DNA of 64,000 nucleotides, taken from Moniliella sp. 'wahieum' (lineage: Eukaryota). Where the stretch lies: positions 1 to 64,000 of the forward strand of contig RSEE01000064.1 in the NCBI GenBank assembly GCA_003971905.1, written 5' to 3'. The notes under the pieces are model-generated. The model was not told the origin of the DNA and ran no database searches. It saw nothing but the letters and a program-made list of their open reading frames with translations. The position numbers and the translations under genes are program-made. Below are positions 48,786-62,604 of this stretch, piece after piece (the first letter of the stretch is position 1; each line of letters begins with the position of its first letter).

Positions 48786-49832
48786 CCGTGCTTCTCCACT
48801 TTGGGGTACAGCATGCCGTAATGGATTGGCTCCCATGCCGCTGGTAGGTCCGTTGCTGTGCTTGGCCAGCCTGAATAGATGTTGTTCGAGATGGACGCCG
48901 ACATTGAACTACATTGAACTAGTGCACCAACGAATGGGAGGGAGACTACAGGAGCGGACAAAGGCAGATCATTGAGGAAAGTAAAGGAGAAGGGAGCGCA
49001 GTTATGGATTCCATGATGCATGAACTTAAGCCAGATTCTTAGGGGTGATAGAGGAATCGTGGCGGGGAACGCAGAGCATCTGATGATGATGAAAGGAATA
49101 CAGTTTATGTCCTGGAGGTTGCCTTCGATAAAGTCAAAGAAACAGCGAGAGATGATGGCGTACACGCGGATAAGCGAGTAGTAGTACGGACCTCTACCCG
49201 CATCAATTTCAGAGGAGTCGCCCACTCCTCGAATATTCTGCCTCCTGGGGGGGGGGAGTCCCAGATCAGAAACGGATACCATGAGCAAAAGCCACAAGCA
49301 CGCTACTGTAATTTCAGCAACTTCGGGGATGTGCATGTGTCCTTGGTCCTAAAGAAGTAGACAGAGAACAAGGCCCCCACAACTGAGATGCTGTGGCATT
49401 TCCTACTAGATAAAAAAATCTATATGTAGTTTTGCGAGTTGGACGTTTTGAGACGTACTACTAGTCTTCTATCAAAAGTGAGCAGTCCAGTGATACTGGG
49501 GCGTTATTCATCCATTCTTCACTGCGTAATGCAGAGGGTGCCCGGGACAGACGTCACAGAGCCCATGGAGGAGAATTTAGACGTAAAACAAAAGGATTGG
49601 GGGATTGTATATAAGCAAAAAGAAGTGTGTGTGGTGGTGTGTGCGTGAAACACACAGGGCCGGCCCTCGACATGTAGCACATCAAGCGCCCAAGTCGCGG
49701 CCGCACACTGAAAGAAATAGTCCAGCAAAAGAGTTGAGCGAGAGGAGAGTAAGGAAAGTACGTGTGGGCTCGGCTCCATTGCCACCACAGGGAGGGGCAA
49801 CCGGAAATCAGCCAGGATCCTGCTCTAGGACT

Positions 49833-51300
49833 TTATTCGAAACCAACGCGCTCCTTGGCCACGTCGAAGGAGACCACCTGTGGTACGGAATGGACGGAGC
49901 AGTTAGCAACATGTTTGTTGTGTGGGTACGTATTGAGGTGGACAATCAAGCAAGGAGTATAGGGCACATACCGTGTTACGGAAAAGCGAATCGCCCGTGA
50001 TCCATCCGTCAATTCCAATGTCTTGGCCGACGACGGCAAAGACACACTGGCCATTGTTGTCCTTACCGTACGCTGTGGCTTCGTTCAGGTAAATGGTCTT
50101 GGAGCCAAAGGTCATGCCCACCTTGGGCGGGGAAGCACAGTCAAAGGTAGCCATGACCTGGCCCTGCTCTTCCTGGGTCTCGAGTCCGAGCGACTGGTAC
50201 AGCTGCTTGGCCTGGCTCGTGGGGGCTATAAAACACAAAAGCCGTCAAGGACGAGGTGGTTATATCCTTACTTAGCATCGAGGAGTCCCTCAGGCAAAAA
50301 GCATGAGACGATAATAAGAGAATATACGCACCAACAATCAGCGTCGTGCCCGAGTCAATGATGGCCGAAATGGACTGATCGTTAATCTTGCCATCGACGG
50401 TCCAGTAGGCAGCCTCGGTCACCGGCACATACTCGGCTGTGGAGCTAATGGATCCGAGCGTCATGGACGATGCCGAGTGCTTGCGCAGCTTGATGGTGAA
50501 CCCTTCCTGGTCCAACCCGCCCGACTTGATGAGCGACTGGAAAAAGGGCTCCTTCTGTTTAAAGGAGCAGAGGGACGGGAAGCCCATGCCGCTGATGCCC
50601 TGGCTGTTGCCCTCGTTGTTAAGGAACGTCTGCTTGGACCGACCAATGTACGCCTTGTTGGCCGACACTCCGCCAATGGAGAGCTTGTCCGAGTAAACCT
50701 CCCCAGAGGCAGTGGTTCCGTCGCCGTAGGAGTTGCTGAACGTGGTGCCTGTGTCCTTGGAGGAGGAGGACTTGGAGGGAGAGTAGGCACTGGGGTTGAC
50801 GAGCGTGTCGGAGCTGCCCGTGTCAAAGTCTGAATCACAGAGAAAACCACACACAGGGTCAGGATCCCACGGAAATTCAAATACATGAGCATCGACACTG
50901 GTAGGACGACTATTTTGCAGAGCAAGAAAGAGAAACGTACCAAGCTGGATCGTCTGTCCACCCACTGAGCCGGACCTGTCCACAGCGCGCCATTCTCCTG
51001 CACACTGAGGGGAACGTTTCCCGTGCCGCGACGGACGAGGTGGGTAGCATCACGAGCATGCTTGTGGCCAACATTGCGCTCGTAGTTGCTCAGTCCAGCG
51101 GCATATTTGGTGCGCAGACGCATAAGCTCTTGGGAGAGTTTGCTCTTGTCCACAACGCCATCGGTCAAGATGCTGCGCTCTTCGTTGCGCGTCAGAGGCA
51201 TGGTCACCGAGCGACGGTGGGCCGAGGGCGAGGGAGCAGCCAGGGTGCCTGTGGTGCCCAGCGCCATGGCCAGAAAAACGAGACCGTTCGAAAGTTGCAT
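49833..51300 (-). CDS. Secreted pepsin-like aspartic protease (A1)
   Basis: Signal peptide, propeptide, DFDTGSSD and IIDSGTT catalytic motifs, WITGDSLFRN..VSFDVAKERVGF. Three introns. Confidence 0.93.
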
Positions 51301-53847
51301 GCTGGAGAAAGGGGAGAAGCTTGGGTTGGGTAAGGAGGTGGGGAGGTGGGTGGCGAGAAAGAGAGGGCGGGGTGGGGTGTGGAGGACGTACCAACGATGA
51401 TGAATGCGGCGGGCTTTTATGTTGGGCAGGGGTAAATGGGACGCGAATGCGCCGCTGTGAGGGTCATATTACGCCAAGCACAAAAGGGGCACTTGAGGCA
51501 TGGGAATCAGTGATAAGTGTGGGTTCACGTCTCTAAACCATCCTGGTGTGATAGCCGAGACATGGATGGCATGCGGGCGCCAACGTCTTGGCCCACCAGA
51601 CCATAGAGGGTCCATCAAAGAGTTAGGCTGACGCATGCTGTCATAGAGCCTACTTACTATGGAGAATCGGTCCGAGAGAAGCAGATGACATGTGGAGACT
51701 CCATACTGTTATGCTTTTCGTTGTCCCGCTCGCCAACATACTAATGCGTATTCTTCAAGTCGGAGACGCCCATCTCCGTCCTGATGGTGTATTAGGAGCA
51801 TATAGTATAGAAGTAACACAGGAACGGGGTGTATGGCATATGGTTCCAGGCTTGGCATTCAAGTGGATGATGATGCTATGCCCTATGATATATGATAGAG
51901 ACTAAGGTTCAGCAGCCTCACATGTATCTGTGTGCATCCAACACACACGTGGACATATTCGAATGTTTTGCTACACGAGCTACACGACGGCGGCCACACA
52001 TTCCAGTTGTGCGTCAAGGTGGCGAGAATGCACCATCGTATCTGTGTTGGCTTTGTTGGCTTCGAACCTTGAAATGACTTTTGCAATAACAGGTGCACCA
52101 TCAATGGCTGTTCACGTACATGTGGGTCTGAGAAGAGTACTACGAGAGAGGCGCGAGAGGACAAGGGAGTCTGCGAGGGAGAGATACAGATCGAGATCAT
52201 TATGCCAAGATCACAGATAATCAGATGCATGGCCAGTGCTGTGTGTACTCAGTGTGTGTTGACCGGTTGACCAAAGCCGTTCAGATCGCTCAGACAAAGT
52301 TCGACCGAGGGAGATGGGGGTCGAAGGTGCAGCGACATATACATCTCTGTACTTTTGTCTGCTATACAAACGTTAAACGTTAAACGTCAATGCATTTTAA
52401 CAGGTTTTAACGCTCACAGCGTTCAAGACACCACACCTTGCCAAGACCTTTGACGTGAGCAGCTCCTTGTGGCCTCTTCTGAGTGAGCACACACATGCAT
52501 ATGGTTGATGGCCACTACCCATGTGCTGAAAACGAGTGTCGCGTGTACAGCGGGTAGCATGTCGCATGTCGTATGTCACCGGGGTCACCGGGGTCACCGC
52601 TCACCGGTCACCACACACGCTCTCATTGCTTCCCTCCGTCGTGGCGGTTATTGAGAGGAACACAGGTGCCTCTGGCCCCTACCAGCCGAGCAGCCCCAGC
52701 AGGTGCAGACTGGCCTCGTGCGGTTAAGCGTTGAGCGCCACGCGAGATTCTCCACATGGTATAGCTGTGTCGGTGGCTTCACGGGTTATTAATAAACGCT
52801 AAACGTTAAACGTTAAACGTTAAATAGCCAAGGCTAGGCACCAGTTTCTCTTCCGTAGCGAGCTTGGCACTCGCCAACCTTATTGGTTGCCTCTCGTCGA
52901 AGTCTTTGGCCTCAGTTCATCAATGTCAACGTGTCATGCATGCCAACGTTCAACACGCTTCAGCTTTAGGCCTCTCAGCTTTGTCTGATGGATCAGGATG
53001 ATCGACTCTGATCTCATAGATCCCATATCTCATCATCGATTTCATTCATCACCGGCATCGCCAGAGACTACATGACGAAGACCCCAGTATCCATCGGTCC
53101 ATCAACGCCTGAGCTGCAACAACTGCAACCCATCACCTACAGAGCCACTTTCTTTCTCGAGCTTGGATTGGTGGCATTTTGATCACATTGATCCCTACTA
53201 CTAGCATGCGCGACAATCCTTCCTTCACCAGCCTCCTCGTTTTCCTCGTTTCCATATAGGCAACCATGTTTTTCCTTTCGTAGGTTTCCAATGGATGTCC
53301 TCGGCTCCAGCTTGATTTCAGAGGGGCAGATGTTGCATCCATATCATTGACAGAGCTTAAGGCTGGGACAGGGAAACGCTACGCGTAAACTGAGCCGTTC
53401 ATCTTGCGTGGGTTACTTGGTAGCGCCACCAACGTTAAGGAACCAGGGGGATCGCCAGGATATCTCAGGACCCTCCGGTTCTCGCCATCCGGTCCCGTAC
53501 CCTAGGAAGCGCGTGTGGACACGGATGATCGATGAACGTGATAGACATCCGAGCGAGGAACCATTTCCATTAAGACTCACAGTAGCCAAATCCTTCCAAT
53601 GCGCAAACACCTTGCCCGCTGTCTTGGTGCCGCAGTATCCTCGCATCGTCAACACCAGGGGGGGAAACGGCTCTTGAGTGCGTCCCTGGTACTTGGTGTT
53701 TGTCGCATTCTGCTCGTTCCAGCAGCCGAAGCAGCTCCTTTTCCCGGCGTCCCAAAGGCGTCGCAGTGCTGCTCTTCTCAGATCTCATGCACCACTTGCG
53801 GTACGGCAGATGTTTTTGAAATTTGGGTTTTCAGAAATCCAAAAAAG

Positions 53848-53943
53848 TGGTCAATATGAGGCTTGAACTCATGACCTTGGCATTACCAACACTCCTGGAA
53901 GGACATATTAGTACCACGCTCTGACCAACTGAGCTAATCGACC
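53848..53943 (-). tRNA. tRNA-Ile(AAT) with intron
   Basis: GGTCGAT-TA-GCTC AGTTGGTCA GAGC-G-TGGTA CT AAT A [intron] A TGCCA AGGTC ATGAG TTCAAGC CTCAT ATTGACC A, then a T-run. Confidence 0.93.
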
Positions 53944-54190
53944 ATCATTACTTCGCGAGTACACCAATTGTCCTCTTCCTACCCCACATGACCAAACGTC
54001 CAACTGATGTGTCCATCCATCCGATTCACGTGGGTAACAGGTCAGGTGCCGGATGTATACAGAGGGTTGCGAGGTACATATATCGGATGTGGGAGCAAGG
54101 GCCGGCAAGAGATTGGAATAGAGCCAAAGGAGAGACAGAAAGGGTGTAGGGGACGATGCGCCTTGCCAATGTCCAAGGGAGAAAGGGAAT

Positions 54191-55164
54191 CTAGAATTCG
54201 TGATCGAGTCCGTCGTTGGGGACAACCCGAGCGTTATAGGGTTGGTTCCGAGCCGAAGAGGGGGCCTTGGGGGGCACCGGGGGCCCACCGCCCTGCAGTT
54301 CACGGTCCAATGCGTCGCCCGAGCCGGCCCAGGCACGCGAGGCATGCGTACTTCCGCTCGAAGTGGATAGAGAAGAGCGAGAAAACCGGTAACGTTCAGC
54401 ATACTGCTGTTGCAACGGCACCCGTTTCTTATTGGTCCTGCGAGGCTTGTCCAGCCCGTACTCTGGCCCGCCGCCGGAGCCACTACCATGGGACCGATAT
54501 CGTTGAACGTCCTCCTCGCCGTCGATCCAGGCCCCGGTCACAGGGTCCTTCTTGCCGCTGGGAGCCAGGTCGCGAGCAATCTTACTGCGGGCAAACCGGT
54601 CCGCGTTTTTTCAGAGATCAAGTCGTCGTCCCAGTCGCGACCACTGGGAGCCATCGGGTCTGCGTTCCACGGCGCCAGAGGCAGACCCGAGACGCGGGGA
54701 TGCTCCCGCATTGTCTTGCCCGAAACGGGATCGACAATCACCTCCTCATTCTCCCAGCGCTGACGGTCATGGTGCGAGTAGCCCCCGACGGTTCCCTCGT
54801 CTTCGTACTTACTGGCCCATTGGCGCTTCTGGGCCTTGGCGCGACGGTAATCGGCGACGAGGCCAGCGCGTACGGCCCATCCGGGGGAGTGGGCCTTGTT
54901 GCTATTGTTGCGGATGTTTTGGATCCAAAAGTTGTGGCCGTGGCCAGGAATGTAGCCGCAGCAGGTGAGGATCACATTGGTGAAAAAGTCCAGGCCGATC
55001 CCAAAGCGCACGGCGACCGCGAGCGGAGGCAAGATCCAGCCACATACGATGATTAGACCCGTGTACCAATGGTGGCGCTTCAGCGGCGTGGCCGCTCGCT
55101 TGCCGCGGCGGTAGTTGACCGTCTGGCGCGTGGGGTAGGCTGGCGCAGGACGCCCGTCGGGCAT
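54191..55164 (-). CDS. Pmp3/YqaE (UPF0057) proteolipid-domain protein with long C-terminal tail
   Basis: GWILPPLAVAVRFGIGLDFFTNVILTCCGYIPGHGHNF; ends DGLDHEF*. Confidence 0.85.
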
Positions 55165-57297
55165 GGTGGTCGGATGGAGAAACGGTGGAGGAGATGGAGG
55201 AGAGGGGGAGAGGAGGGCTGGAGGACGCGGGGGGGCGATAATAACAAAGGAGGGTGCTGGCTGACCGGTGAGCGAACGCTGAACGGAGGTGGGTCGGCTT
55301 GGCGGTGAGCGGCGGGGAGGAGGGCGTGGGGCAGTGTCCACGGCGTGGAGGGGAGGGGCGGCAGCACAGGGGCGGTGGCGTAGAACAGCAGTGGATGCGG
55401 GTGGCAGGCTATCTCCACGCGTCTGCACTGCCCCTGCATCGGGCCAATGCGACCTGCTGCAGCTGCGGCGCGCGGGATAGGAGGGGCGAGAGTGCCTTGG
55501 ACGCGCGGGCACCTAGGCGGTCATTGCATGCGCCGCACCGCACCAGCCTGCACCTGCGATCTGCATCCCTTTTGTGTCCAGCGCCACACGTGACGCCGCC
55601 CTCACACGTCACGCGTCACACGTCGACGTTACTGGCCAGGCACGGTGCGACTGTGTTCCACGATCATGGATCACGTCGATCACGGTCACCGATCGGGGGC
55701 GCGACGGCTGCGACGGCTGCGACGGCGCTGCGTTGTCGAATGCGCTGGTGTGGAGCAAAACCCAAGGTTCTGGTCGACTGCCTTGGCTATGTCCGCAACT
55801 CACAGCACTACGCAATACTCACTCAGTGGGATGCACAGCGGCCGTCGCCTGTAGGTACCGCAGCCGCGCATCGCAGTTGTGTACCGCAGCCGCCCCTCTC
55901 CTTCCCGGACACACCACCAGCGACCGCCGTCGTCGCGGCCCCGCTGGTCCTGGTAGCGAGCCCAGCCCTATAGTGCTCCCCACGGCAGTGCTGCGGCCGT
56001 CGATAATGATCGACGCGCCAGAAACGCGCAAGCACGTGAGCTGTTGTGACGTGGAGAGGATAGCTTCCCCAGACGGATTATCCGGTGCGACGCTGGGCAC
56101 TACTAGAGGCCACTATCTGCCACTGCTCTGATCCGTTTTTTTATTGTGCTCTTGTGTTCGCTTCCGCTTTGTTTGGTCTCCACCAACACCGTTTCCAATC
56201 TAGCATCGCTTCCACTCGGTATTTGGTCCACCCTCGGTGCTCGTGCCAATCAGCTGTTTATAGCTCTGTCAATTAGTCGTGATCATCTGTGTGCGGCCTG
56301 TTGGTCACGGGCGTAAGTAAAAAAGCTGTCGGTGCATCACAGCCCCGCGCCTCTCAGTCTTCTCATCTCTTCAGATCTCAAGCTTTCTCAAGAGGCACGC
56401 CTGGCAGGCCCTTCTTTTCTGATTTGTGCCCCATGGCCAACTGTGGCCGCAAAAACTGAAAGAGCAAAAGGGGCTCAGGCAGGCTCAGGCGGAGGATGAG
56501 CGGTATAGGGTGGTGCTGATGAAGCCTGCTCGCGCATTGGCGCAACATGCCGTCCGGCCGGGCAGTGCATACCTCTGCTGCCACGACCAAAGAGCAACGG
56601 GTGAGCTGGAGGGATGAACACTTGTACAGTGCTGCCATGCCAGCTGGCGTGCGAGGTAACTGCACCATGGATGAGGGAAGTGCCGATGCGTGAGGCGCGT
56701 GGGAAGCAGGCGTGGGAGCAGCCTGGACCAGCATGCCGAACCACCCGCCGAGGTGCGAGCATGTGGTTGCTACACACGTTAGGTGGGAGCGACCGCGACA
56801 GCGCACATCCACACCCACACTGGCCTCCTGCCCCCGACTGCCCCACTGCCAGCGGAGCCCCCGGCCACCCGAGCGCCCCTCTCGGAAGGCAGGCACTCGG
56901 CCACTCAGTAACGCACCACTCAGCCTGGCCACTGAGACTCACGGGTACTCCCAACTCCCAACTCCCAAACTCACGCCGTTGTTGCACTCCCCTCAGGACC
57001 TCAGTACTCGGTTGAACGTTGAGTGCCCCCCGCACCCTCCGAGCATGCGGAGCTGCGACGTGCTGCCCCCGTCCTCCCCACACTCGCCCTCTTCCCCCCC
57101 GTGCCGATCCTCGCGCCCCCCAGCGCCATCTGCATCATGCATCGTCCCTCATTAATCATTCCTCAGGCAGCATGAATCATGGGCCATGCGCATCCACAGC
57201 ACATGCTATTGTCTCCCTTTCCTCTCTCCTCCCTGTTCTCTGCCCGCCACCTCGCCAGCTTCCCATTGCCCCTCCCCCCACGCGCTCTCTACCCATC

Positions 57298-59416
57298 ATG
57301 TCCCGCCCCCGTCGCCCTGCCCGGCTGTGCGCCGCCGCCCGCCTCGCCGTGCTGGCCATTAGCTCCCTGCTCCTGCCCGCCCTCGCCGCCGCCCAACATC
57401 TGACCCGGGTCAGTCTTGCGCCGCAAGCGAAGGCGAGCCACGCCGGGGCGAACCTGTCGGCTGTGCTGCTACCTTCGTACGCTGGGGTGGGAATTGAGCC
57501 GAGCAACCTGCCTGCGATTGTAGGCACCGACTCGGTGAATGCGCTGACGTACGGGTGCCTTGCTGCCCTGCAAAACCTGACGGGCACCCCGCCGCATCTA
57601 CGGCTGGGGGGCAACACGGGCGACATGGCGTTGTGGAACGCAACGGCAGACGGGTACGGGTACACGAACAACGCGTCCTCTTCCGCGCCCAGTTCTAGTC
57701 TGTACTTTGGACCGGGTCTGTTCCAGGCGATTGACCGGCTGCCGGCGCACACGCCCATCACGCTCGGCCTCAACTTGGCGTACAATGGGTCGGATGCGAC
57801 GGAGCGAATTGTCGACGCGGCCAGTGCCGCGCTGCAGCATCTGACGAACGTCAAGCTCGTCGGGTTTGAAATTGGCAACGAGCCGGATCTGTACGTGACC
57901 AACAGTTACCGCGCACCGGGCTACACAGAGGAAATGTACGGCTCGGAATGGATTGCGCGCGTCAAGGCCATCCATCAGCATGCGCTCTTGCCCCATGGCA
58001 AACCGGCGGCCATGTTTGAGGCTGCTGTGACAGCCACCACGGCCAACAAGAATGGCCACCCGTACCGCGTGGCCAACTTGACCCGCGACACGAGTGGAGT
58101 GGGGTACAACAACAGTATGTTTGTTGCGGCCTGGTCGCAGCACGATTATGTACGTTTTGCTTTTTTGTTCCCCGTGGCACAGAGAGCCGGGTTGGAGAAG
58201 AGGGGAGACATTGAACTGACCTTTTGTGTGGTTTTGTCGTACGGGATATTTGCACGGATACATATATGCGATCCATCCGATCTCCTATACTCTAGTTGTA
58301 CTACGAGCACGTGTCCGACTTCCCCATCACGTCCAACTGGATGCTCTCGCTGCCCCACGGTAACGCAGCTGTACGAGTGGCAGCAGCAATCGTACCAGGC
58401 CGTGGCGACGGGCAAGCCATACTACCTCCGTGAGATGGGTTCGATCGGACCCGAGGGGATCAAAGGCATCTCCGATACGTTTGCGAATACGTTGTGGCTG
58501 TTCAACCTGTTCTTGTATGCGGCGACGGTGCAGGTGGGATCGGTGCAGATCCACATGACCCAGACCTCGTACAGCGCGCCATGGCAGCCGGTCGTGATGG
58601 ACAATACTGATCCGCACGTGCGTTCCTCGTTTTATGCATTTGCAGCGTTGGCCCAGCTGATCGGGGACCGGTGCACGACGCGCGTCGCGCCCATTACGCT
58701 GCCGTCGGACGTGCCGCAGCGCTACGCGCCGCGCTTGGCCGCCTATGCCATCTATACTGCTGACGCCATTTCGGGCATCGCCTTGATCAACACCCATCCC
58801 CACAACACCACCTCTTCCTCCAACCACACCGTTTCGTTCGGGATCAGCCTGCCTAATCTGGCGAACCGGACGTGGTACCTGTCCACCCTCGAGGCCCCCG
58901 GCACCGATGCCAAACACAACACCACCTGGAACGGGCTGTCGTACGAGACGTTGCCGAATGCGCAAGCGCACCAGGTCAAGGCGACTGGCAAACAGTTGGT
59001 TTCCGACGACCAGGGCTTGGTCCACGTACACGTTCCCGATGGTTCGGCCGCCGTGCTCAACTTGGACTTTGTGCTGGGCAGCCAACGGGGAGACAACTCT
59101 ACTGGCTCCAGCTCCAGCTCGGACTGTGCCGCAGTAACGCGCAACGGGCACTACTCGACGCAACAGCGCCGCGAAAACCGTGCGCTGGCGCACGCGCACG
59201 CTGCGTCGTATCCCCGCCGTGCACGGAGCATTGGAGGCCATCGTGCGTAGCGCCTTGCCCAACCACGTGTCGCGTTGGCAGGGTAGCCTGAAGCGCGTTG
59301 GACCTCGGTGTGGTGCTTGGGGCGTTGCTTGGTGGCCGGCCCATCAGCTCATCTGTCTCAGTTTATATGGATATCCTGCATTCCCCTCTACACGCGCCCA
59401 ACTAAGTTCAATGTAG
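57298..59416 (+). CDS. Glycoside hydrolase family 79 (beta-glucuronidase-like), secreted; C-terminus uncertain
   Basis: Signal peptide; PPHLRLGGNTGD; acid/base motif FEIGNEPD; nucleophile motif YYLREMGS; GISDTFANTLW. Intron at about 58150-58295. Confidence 0.9.
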
Positions 59417-59874
59417 AGGAGAGTGGCGTGCATCGCGCATAGAAGGAAGGGCTACCCTCTTGGCTCTTGACATGCCATTATACATACTCTCTGTGCGCTC
59501 TGGAGGAGGCCGAGGGTTGATGGAAGATGGCTGGGGAGATAAGAACGCCTTGGAAGCACGCCGCGTTGACTAGCACGTGGGCTGCATGCCGATGGGCAGG
59601 ATTCGGCACAACACTGTCGGATGATCGATGAATATGATCCTCGGCACCACTCCCTCTGTCTATGATAGCCCGCACCCGTACGGGACTCATGACCCACCTA
59701 ACCCACTCGACTCACCTGACCCCCTCGAACCAAGCACGGTAAAAACCGAGGAACTCTCGATGCTAGCCTGTCCAATTCCCACTCTCGCTCCTGATGCTGA
59801 TGCTGATCCTGATCGAGGTAGTCAGCGAGCTACCACCTGGCCTAACCGTAGCTTGCCTCGTTTTGCGAGCCGCG

Positions 59875-61828
59875 CTAGCTGAACCTAGGACACAGAGAGC
59901 CCAAGGGTGGCAAGGGGGCACGTGGAGGACGCATGAGACGCATGAGAGACGTGAGACTTGGGGGGTACTTTGGAGCTACTGCGACAGGTGGGTGAGGGGG
60001 GAAGCGAGTCTCCTTGTTCCGCTGGGGGAAGCCAGGGAGGGGGACAGGGGTGAGTCCGGGGAGGAGCAAGAGGCTTGGGCCTGGACCGAGGTGGAGAGAC
60101 TGACGGGGGCCAAAGGCTGTGGGAAGGGGTACGACGATGCAAGAGGAACGAGGGGCGGAGTGTCTCGCTCGGCGCTGGCGCTGGCGCCAGCGCGAACCCC
60201 AACTCTTTCTCCGAAGGAAGAGAGAGGGAGAAGAGATGGGGATGAGGGGAGGATGGGGCGAGGAAGAGGCCGAGATGAGGGGAGGATGTGGTGAGGAAGA
60301 GGTCATTGCCGATACCAAGGCGGATGCCGAGGCGGATGTGGAGACTGTGGCGGATGCGGATGCGGATGCGGATGCCAGCCCCGAGGGAGGGGGGAAATCG
60401 GTCTCGGACCAGATGGTGAAGGCACCTGCTGGAGCGGATGGTACTCCTCCGTATCCAGTTCGTCCACCGCTTGTCGTGCGACGGAGAGGAGGTAAACGAA
60501 GAATGCAAGTGCTGCGCCGCCAATGCCCATTGCCTGTTTGGCCCAAAGTGTGGTCTGGACAGCTGGGGATGGGTTGTCGGTGGACACCGCAAACGATTTG
60601 GTCATTGCGCCAATTCCGACGTGGACCAAGAGTTTGGGCAGGGCAAGCGCCGTACATAGAGTGTACGTGCGCAAGGTCAACGTCGGCGAGGCAGCTAGGA
60701 CCGTGTTGAGCAAGTTGAAAGGGTACGGAGCCAGGCGGATGAGAAAGAGCAAGCGTGGTCGTTTGTCAATCGCCCTGACGATCTTTTGCAGGCCTTGCGA
60801 TTTGGATAAGAGACGCTGCATTGGGCCCCGGAGTAAGGTGCGAGAGGCAAGAAACACAGCGACGCTGCCCCCGAGCGCACCGACGTAGGCGGTAGCAAAG
60901 CCAGGCCAGAGACCAAACGTGTAGCCACTCAGCACGACCAGGGTCGAGTAGAGCGGAATCGGGGGATGGTGGTCAGCGCAATCAGTCCGGCCATGGCGGC
61001 ATACCCGACCCAGCTCAGCCGCGCCAACAGCTGTGCAAGCCGATCCAGAATAGAAAATACAAGAGTGTGGTGCGTGAGCACGACGGCGGTGGAGGCAAGC
61101 GAGATGAGGAGCCAGATGAGAAAGGGGATGTAGGCGTCGAGCCAGGGCGGGCGCCAAATGCGTTCGCCCGTGCGGGGCTCGCGAAAGGCGCGGTCGACGA
61201 CGACAAAGGTGCGATGGACGCCACGGCCGGTCTGGCCGGCGGCAGCGCGAGGGTGGAAGAGGGCCCAGGCGAGGGTGCGCACGGCCAGGACAAGGGCGGC
61301 GAGGAGGCGACGGAGCTGGACGGTGCGGGGGATGCGGTGGTCAGCGTACCTCCTGGCGGGGGCGGGGAGCCGAGCAGGACGGCCTCGGAGGAACGGCGCG
61401 GGAGGCTGAAGCTGCCGCGGCGTGCGTGTGGGCGGATGGGGGTGGCAAGGGCGGGGGAGGCGGCGGGGCGGTGGAGACGGGGGCGACGAGGGGGAAGTAC
61501 TCCTGGGCGGAGGCGGAGGCGGCGGAGACGGACGGGGTGCCGTAGGGGAAGGGATGGGGGCGCGTGGCGAGGGTCTGGGCGGGGGCGGGTCGGCGGGGCG
61601 GGGAGGGCGGTGGAGGCGGGGCGGGGGCGCGGGCGGGGCGCGGGCGAGTGGACGCTCTGGGTGCGGCGGTGGAGGGCGGGGGGGACGGAGCCCTGGCGGA
61701 TGGGGGGCGCGCGCGACGCTGGGCGGTAGCACGCCGGCGTGGAGCGCCCGTCGGGGGGTCACGTGCCGGCAGCGCCTCGGCCTGGTCGGGGGGAGGGGCG
61801 ACGCCGACGCGAGCAGCGGTTCGGGCAT
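59875..61828 (-). CDS. TVP38: TVP38/TMEM64 (VTT/DedA, SNARE-associated) membrane protein; ends uncertain
   Basis: LTTIPPIPLYSTLVVLSGYTFG, LLFLIRLAPYPFNLLN, LPKLLVHVGIG. Confidence 0.85.
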
Positions 61829-62604
61829 GGGGGGGGAGGGGGGCGAAGGTGGCGAGGAGGGATGGTGGCGAGGGGGAGATGGTGGCCAGGGGCAGAAGGT
61901 GGCGAGGGCAGTGCGGCGTGCGCAGGACGGGGGGTTGCTGTGCGTGGCAGGTGGGTTGGTTGGTGGGTTTGCGGCCTGGCCTGGCCCATCGCAGCCCACG
62001 CCGGCCAACGCACCGCACAGAGCCCCACACTGCCCGCCCGCCGCACCAGACACCACGCGGCGATCGGTCACCAGTCACTGTCACCCGCCACATCACCTCA
62101 TCACCCTTTGTGTCCCCTTTGTTCGTTGCCCCCTGCCCCACCGGCCACCTCCCTAGTTCACGCACGAGCGCGCCGCCAGGTGGCAGCATGGCGCGTGTGG
62201 CTGCATAACGAGCAATAGATAGCGATGATAGGAGACGAAAAACAAGGAAAGAGCGGGACAAAGCCAAAGAAAAATTGAAGAGAGAAAAGAGATGCGATGT
62301 AGATGTAAATGAGGATGGGGTGCGAGGGGCGGGGGAGGACAAGGGTGGAGGACGGATTGAAGGACATGGAAAAGGGAAGTGCGTGGGTGGGAGATAAAAA
62401 GGAAAGAGTAAGAAACCATGGCAACTGGGGGGGGGAGATGCAAGAATAGTGGAAGAAACAGAGATAAGGATCGGGAGATGTGTGGCCATGCCAAAAAGAG
62501 GAGACTCAAAAGAAACAAGACGGGAATGTGTTACATCAGTATAGGCACATTTGGCCATCCTACCATCTAACCTTCATCCAAAGCACGGCCCGATGAGGGA
62601 GACA

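Noticed and set aside
48782..49648. ORFs between MRPL4 and the aspartic protease
   Set aside because: No recognisable domain or convincing coding signal.
53133..53790. Possible degenerate coding remnant next to tRNA-Ile
   Set aside because: Short broken ORFs with no motif I can assign confidently.
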